A program made the position numbers and the translations under genes. From positions 1,590,001 to 1,622,000 of the forward strand of contig NC_008818.1 in NCBI RefSeq assembly GCF_000015145.1: a stretch of DNA of 32,000 nt, read 5' to 3'. Below the pieces are notes generated by a model. That model saw only the letters and a program-made list of their open reading frames with translations. It had not been told where the DNA came from and made no database searches. The stretch is from Hyperthermus butylicus DSM 5456 (GTDB taxonomy: Archaea; Thermoproteota; Thermoprotei_A; Sulfolobales; Pyrodictiaceae). This document shows positions 27,520-32,000 of the stretch, piece by piece. Within the stretch, counting starts at the first letter, position 1. Every line of letters begins with the position of its first letter.

Positions 27520-28110
27520 ACGCTTTTGGCTTCTGGGTTTTGTCTTCATTACCTGTGATTAGGCATCTTCGCAAGTAGCTCTGCTAGTTTTAGAGCTGAG
27601 AGCACAGTTGCTTTGAATGGTCTACTGCTTGTGCTAAGCCTCTTCGGGTCCGCATTAATGTCGGCAGGGACTGCCTTCACGTTTGGCATCAGCCTTCCAA
27701 TGTTTGTAACTCCTACAAGATGTGTTGAAGGCGGGACCGGGCACGACCGTGTGGTGGGCTTCCTCCACGGCTAGGTATAGGAGGGGCTTGCTGTCTGGCC
27801 GCCTCCTCTGGAGCAGGTAGGAGGCAACCAGCTGGGCGTATAGGCTGCGGTGGCGGGGCGGGAGCCCGCTGAGATCCACCGCGTAAACCGTGCCGGCACG
27901 GGGCCTGCAGGGATCCAGCTTCTTGCCCTGCCCCGGGCTCGAGAAGCTCCAGTACGGGCCGGATGCTCCACAGCCGGCGCACCAGCGCGTAGATACTGTT
28001 TCTAACGTCGCTCCTCTGCTCACACCCAGCCATCCCCTCGAGCTCCCCCACGAGGGCCTCGATGCGCCTCCGGGTCCTCGACAAGGCCCTGACCAGCCGC
28101 CGGAGGGAAG
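27520..28110 (-). pseudogene. HerA-like ATPase fragment, frameshifted, followed by an unrelated-looking C-terminal tail
   Basis: Minus frame reads GTVYAVDLSGLPPRHRSLYAQLVASYLLQRRRPDSKPLLYLAVEEAHHTVVPGPA (Walker B-like). Upstream sequence is in another frame (SRTRRRIEALVGELEG...SDVRNSIYALVRRLWSIRPVLE). A third frame downstream reads HLVGVTNIGRLMPNVKAVPADINADPKRLSTSSRPFKATVLSALKLAELLAKMPNHR*. Confidence 0.6.
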
Positions 28111-28116
28111 ATTGTC

Positions 28117-28530
28117 ATGTGCACTAGCATGAAAGAAGGTGAAGGTTTTGAAAAGAGTTGTTTTTCACTATGCTCCTCCAGGGGTCGGGGCGCGCCGGAG
28201 ACCAGGGCCGTAGAGACTGAAATACAGTGCAGTATGCTAGACTCACTATGCAGTACTCCGGCAAAAATACTAGGTGGCTTCACTAATACCTGTCCGATAC
28301 CGAGAATCAGGAAAAGCTACGCAGCAGCTTGCGGAATGCTAGCATTCATTTATGGTGACGGAATCATAGAAGTGTGCTTAACATCTACGGGGAGAAAATG
28401 GGCTGCCGTTAGAGTAAACAGCCTTCGACCTTCAACACTGTTTGCTGGAATTGCTTGGATACTACCATTTACCAGTAAAAGAAGCCATGGCAGCCTATTT
28501 TGTAATAGGGGGGTTGCGGTACAAGCATGA
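28117..28530 (+). CDS. Possible N-terminal half of a split LAGLIDADG endonuclease
   Basis: CGMLAFIYGDGII at about 28330-28362 resembles a first LAGLIDADG motif; ends in an ATGA overlap with the next ORF. The true start may be further in. Confidence 0.45.
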   Translation: MCTSMKEGEGFEKSCFSLCSSRGRGAPETRAVETEIQCSMLDSLCSTPAKILGGFTNTCPIPRIRKSYAAACGMLAFIYGDGIIEVCLTSTGRKWAAVRVNSLRPSTLFAGIAWILPFTSKRSHGSLFCNRGVAVQA

Positions 28531-29174
28531 CTTTTAAAGCAGTACTTGACCTAAAAGCCCTAGAAAGCTACAGCCTAACAGGCATACTAGGAGTAAAACC
28601 AGGCATCAAAGAGGATTTATTGAAATGCCTCAAAATAGATGAAGGCCTATTCAGTGTTGTTGCAGGCCTCATAGACTCTGAAGGCCATGTAAGAAAGAAG
28701 GCCCGGATAATAGAAATAGGAATGAAGGATGAGGACCTACTAGAAGCCATTGCTGAAGCTCTAAATAACAAAGGTATTATAGTGACTAGTGGCCCCAGGA
28801 AGATGGCCAAAGTATCAATGATAGAGATCAAGGTGGACAAAAATGCCAGACCAATCATTGAGAATATGCTAAACCCCGATAAGCGGCTAACAGCAATGCG
28901 AATGCTCGCGGACAATAGTGTAACACGAACAAAGCTATACCAGCATGCTCTCAGAGAACTCGTATGGCTGCTTGAAAGAAAAAGAAAACTACCCAAGCAA
29001 CGCTGCAAAGAATGCGCCAATACAGTACTACAGGAAGCGCGGGCCCTGGTCTCCGCGGGCCTAGAGCCCGCAGAAAGCAAGGGTGGAGAATCTAACTCCA
29101 CCCCTACCTCTCTACATGTCTTTAATACTACATCACCAACCATATATGCAAAAGCTGTCTCTGCCACAGTTTGA
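28527..29174 (+). CDS. LAGLIDADG-type homing endonuclease domain protein
   Basis: FSVVAGLIDSEGHVRKKARIIEIGMKDEDLLEAIAEALNNKGI...MIEIKVDKNARPIIENML; the AGLIDSEG motif is clear. Confidence 0.8.
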   Translation: MTFKAVLDLKALESYSLTGILGVKPGIKEDLLKCLKIDEGLFSVVAGLIDSEGHVRKKARIIEIGMKDEDLLEAIAEALNNKGIIVTSGPRKMAKVSMIEIKVDKNARPIIENMLNPDKRLTAMRMLADNSVTRTKLYQHALRELVWLLERKRKLPKQRCKECANTVLQEARALVSAGLEPAESKGGESNSTPTSLHVFNTTSPTIYAKAVSATV

Positions 29175-29205
29175 TCGAAGTAGCAAGTGGAGATAATTAA
29201 GAAAA

Positions 29206-29214
29206 AGCTTAAAC
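29206..29214 (+). promoter_or_regulatory. Candidate box A element for tRNA-Pro
   Basis: A-rich GAAAAAGCTTAAACC about 50 nt upstream of the tRNA-Pro 5' end. Confidence 0.4.
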
Positions 29215-29262
29215 CCCGCTTAACCCTCCATAGGAATCACACACGGCTGAGCACACGCTGGT

Positions 29263-29339
29263 GGGGCCGTCGTCTAGCTTGGCAGGATGCGGGGCTTGGG
29301 CCCCCGTGGTCCGGGGTTCAAATCCCCGCGGCCCCACCA
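29263..29339 (+). tRNA. tRNA-Pro (anticodon TGG), CCA encoded
   Basis: GGGGCCG/CGGCCCC acceptor; stem CGGGG/CCCCG with loop CTTGGGC; T-arm CGGGG TTCAAAT CCCCG. Confidence 0.94.
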
Positions 29340-29767
29340 CTAAACCCTTATGTGTCCTCCCAACTTCCCTCTTAGTCCTGAGGTGCCAGTCTCCCGATTG
29401 TTGACACACTTGTTTGTTGTTCTTGATTTGACGCCACATGCTCCCGGCATGTGTTGTTCTGGTACCTAGTCGTGTAAAGTGGGCGGATCCCGTGTCTCGT
29501 GATGCCATGCATGGCTCAGGATTAACCGAGGCTCTCGGCCGAGATGTGCTTCCCCAGGAATGATAGAGCTGATTAGTTACTGATCAATATAACCTAATGA
29601 AGTCCCAGGTCTCTGTCTATGTGCTTCTTCTCCCTGGCTAGGCTTGTTACTTTATCGCTTTCGACTAGATGAGGTGGGTTATTGGGTTATGATGGTTATG
29701 GGTGCTGGGGGTGTTGAGCCCGGGGGTAAGCCCATATTGGGTTGCTGGGGCGATATGTTCTGTGGGG

Positions 29768-29989
29768 ATGTTTGACACGGTGTCTAGGGTTATCCGTGTG
29801 AGATTTGAGAAGGGGGTGTTCAAGCCCCTGGACCGGGTTGACTTTAGGGAGGGTGAGGAGCTAGTAGTGTTTGTGAGGAGGTGTAGGGTGCGGGAGGTAC
29901 TGGACAAGTACGTTGGACTGTTCGGTGAGGCCACTGTTGAGGAGCTTGAGGAGGAGGAAGCCCAGGTGCAGCGGCCAAGGCATTCATAG
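29768..29989 (+). CDS. AF2212-like antitoxin (DUF104 family)
   Basis: VIRVRFEKGVFKPLDRVDFREGEELVVFVRR matches the short DUF104 antitoxin signature; ATG at 29768 is likelier than the track start at 29702. Confidence 0.78.
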   Translation: MFDTVSRVIRVRFEKGVFKPLDRVDFREGEELVVFVRRCRVREVLDKYVGLFGEATVEELEEEEAQVQRPRHS

Positions 29990-29997
29990 GCACAAAC

Positions 29998-30513
29998 ATG
30001 ATTCTACAACCTACTCTCCGAAACAAGGCTCACTTCTCTATACTCTTGGCTGGCGCCGGTAGGCCTGGCATATGGCGGCGTGATATTTCGCAGGTAACTA
30101 TCGGAGAACCGTTAATCGTTGTTCGGAAGTGTAGGTTGGGGTCTAGCGTTAGGGTTATGGGAGTTTGTTGTATTTTGGATATGGCGGAGATATTGTGGTG
30201 GATTGGTTTGACTAGCTTGCTGCATAGGGTGTCTAAGGTACTTGGTGTTGAGGCTGGTGTTTTGGAGAGGGAGGCTCTGTATCGATACATTTTATCCGAG
30301 CTTAGGCGTGTTAGGTTAGAGGCTAAGCTCATTATGGCTCGGTATGGCGTGTCAAGTATAGAGGAGTTGGACGAGAGGATTAGACGGGGTGAACTGGAGG
30401 AAACAGAGGTCTTTGAGGATCTTACCCGCCTTGATTACCTGCTTGACCGGGAAGAGAGGTTGAAGAGGCTTTTGGAAGAGCTAAGGGGTTGGGGGAGTGG
30501 GAGAACGCGGTAA
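29998..30513 (+). CDS. Small helical protein, candidate antitoxin partner of the downstream gene; start uncertain
   Basis: LEREALYRYILSELRRVRLEAKLIMARYGVSSIEELDERIRRGELEETEVFEDLTRLDYLLDREERLKRLLEEL; overlaps the next ORF by 17 nt. Confidence 0.5.
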   Translation: MILQPTLRNKAHFSILLAGAGRPGIWRRDISQVTIGEPLIVVRKCRLGSSVRVMGVCCILDMAEILWWIGLTSLLHRVSKVLGVEAGVLEREALYRYILSELRRVRLEAKLIMARYGVSSIEELDERIRRGELEETEVFEDLTRLDYLLDREERLKRLLEELRGWGSGRTR

Positions 30514-30879
30514 TGTAGACGAAATACTTGAGAGGCTTAGGGAGTTTGCTGCTAATTTGTATCCTGAGGTGGTTGTAGACGTAGAAATAGTGTATGGTAA
30601 GCTAAGAATATACCTTATCGACGAGAGTTTCATCGATGTATGGATTTCACGAAGACTACCTAATAGATATGCTATACATTGGAAGAGACGTCATATAGAT
30701 GGCACTATATACCGATGGGATAATACGCCGCATGAAATAAATAGGCACATACCGACATTTCCTCATCACTTCCATGAGGGGAACGACCGCGTGGTAAACC
30801 TTTCTATTACCCTGAAAGTATTGAAGACGCGCTTAAGAAGGCTTTAGAATACGTAAAGAAGAGGATTGGACAACAATAG
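30497..30879 (+). CDS. TumE/DUF6516-like toxin-family protein, apparently frameshifted near its C-terminus
   Basis: RIYLIDESFIDVWISRRLPNRYAIHWKRRHIDGTIYRWDNTPHEINRHIPTFPHHFHEG has the RWDN.PH / FPHHFHE signature. The track frame ends at 30847, while the adjacent frame continues KPFYYPESIEDALKKALEYVKKRIGQQQ* to 30879. Confidence 0.6.
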
Positions 30880-31394
30880 CAGGGTAAAACTAAAAACTAG
30901 ATTGAAAGAGTGCCTATCACTAATAGACTTACCTTTGAGGGTTCAGGGGTAACTCCTGGATGGCGGCAGCCGATTAGTAAGATAATAATCATGTAGCTGT
31001 GGTATGGCAACGGCCGATAATGTTGGAGCCGCAATATACTGTGGCAGAGTGTTTCATTGTCTGGGAAGGCTGGAGCGGGGGTGCTGCGTAGAGGGGAGCC
31101 GCCAAAATCTCGATTATGCGCCCATCACGTAAGTGGATTGTGGTGTCTAGAGTTCTTCCAGTTAGGGTTGCGAGAATACCAGCCGGGACAATAGAGGAAG
31201 AGTAAGAGGTAGCGGATAGAATTACTGTCCTGCTCTATGATTTACTGATCAGTATGTTTACATAGTGCCTCATTCTTGCTGTACTTGTCATTGTTGTAGG
31301 TTTTAGCACGTCTGCCTCTTGTGTGTTGCCTTGGCTGGATAGCACTCTTTATCCTGTTGCTGGTAGCTGCTGTGGTGCTTGGGGTTGGGTTTTC

Positions 31395-32000
31395 TTGTTG
31401 CGTGTCGGTATCGATGTTGGGGGCACCTTTACCGACATTGTCGTGTTTGATGAGGAGTCGGGGAGGCTTGTTGCTGGCAAGGTTTTGACGGTGCCTCGTG
31501 AACCTTGGCGTGGTGTTTTGGGGGCCTTTGATGCTCTTGGTGTTAGGGTTTCGGATGTCGGAGTGTTTGTTCACGCTACCACGCTTGGCACTAACATGTT
31601 TCTAGGCCAGGTTGGTATTGAGCCGCCTGTCGCTGTGCTCATTACTAATGCTGGGTTCCGCGACGTTATCGAGATTGGCCGTCAGAATAGGGCTGAGCTT
31701 TACAACCTGTTCTTCGAGAAGCCCCAGCCGTTGGTGCCGAGGTCTAGGAGGTTTGGTGTCAGGGGCAGGGTTAGCGCCCGGGGAGAGGAGCTGGAGCCGC
31801 TGGATGTAGGGGCTGTTAGGCGTATTGCTCGCGAGTGGTGTGGCCGTGCGAAAGTGTTTATCATCTCCTTCCTACACTGCTACGCCAACGATGCGCATGA
31901 GAGGCTTGCGGCGAGGGTCGTCCGCGAAGAGTGTCCCGGCGCCGAAGTTGTTACCGGCTGTGAGGTTGACCCGGAGCCTGGCGAGTTCGAGCGCACTAGC
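31395..32000 (+). CDS. Hydantoinase A / 5-oxoprolinase family protein (N-terminal part, truncated by window end)
   Basis: Not in the track: LLRVGIDVGGTFTDIVVFDEESGRLVAGKVLTVPREPWRGVLGAFDALG...VFVHATTLGTNMFLGQ...AVLITNAGFRDVIEIGRQNRAELYN; open to the end; TTG start at 31395 or 31398. Confidence 0.9.
   Translation, partial: MLRVGIDVGGTFTDIVVFDEESGRLVAGKVLTVPREPWRGVLGAFDALGVRVSDVGVFVHATTLGTNMFLGQVGIEPPVAVLITNAGFRDVIEIGRQNRAELYNLFFEKPQPLVPRSRRFGVRGRVSARGEELEPLDVGAVRRIAREWCGRAKVFIISFLHCYANDAHERLAARVVREECPGAEVVTGCEVDPEPGEFERTS

Noticed and set aside
29209-29508. Minus ORF overlapping tRNA-Pro (VGPRGFEPRTTGAQAPHPAKLDD)
   Set aside because: Antisense tRNA artefact.
31242-31574. Minus ORF of 110 aa
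   Set aside because: Overlaps the strongly supported hydantoinase A N-terminus on the plus strand and has low-complexity composition.
31612-31809. Small plus ORF inside the hydantoinase A gene
   Set aside because: Lies in an alternative frame of the conserved gene and has no recognisable features.
1-32000. CRISPR array or cas gene cluster
   Set aside because: No regularly spaced direct repeats were seen, and no Cas1/Cas2/Cas3/Cas10-type motifs occur in the ORF set.

Overview
This is a gene-dense window from a hyperthermophilic crenarchaeon. Ribosomal gene order and protein character suggest a Desulfurococcales / Pyrodictiaceae-like organism, but that assignment is inference only. Most of the window is conserved informational core: rpsG (uS7), tuf/aEF1A, rpsJ (uS10); Nep1, Rpp21/RNP4, a YhbY-type CRM protein, eS19, PDCD5, eL39, eL31, aIF6, L18Ae/LX, prefoldin alpha, FtsY, SecE, Spt5, uL11, uL1, uL10 and AlaRS. 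Accessory or metabolic parts include a ParB-like free-serine kinase (SerK-like) next to an O-phosphoserine sulfhydrylase-like enzyme (tRNA-independent cysteine route), a BadF/BcrA-type kinase, a ferritin-like protein, a class V aminotransferase, a PPC/DUF296 protein, pyroglutamyl peptidase, and a truncated hydantoinase A at the right edge. Six tRNA genes are recognisable (Ser-GGA, Glu-CTC, Arg-TCT, intron-containing Met-CAT, Gln-CTG, Pro-TGG), all with an encoded CCA. The most unusual part is about 22.6-31 kb. There, tRNA genes bracket decayed or fragmented genes: an FAD-oxidase tail, a frameshifted CCG-domain Fe-S oxidoreductase, a multiply frameshifted nitroreductase and a HerA-like ATPase fragment. 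The same stretch holds a LAGLIDADG endonuclease split over two overlapping ORFs and a small toxin-antitoxin-like cluster. No CRISPR array or clearly new multi-gene defence system was found.
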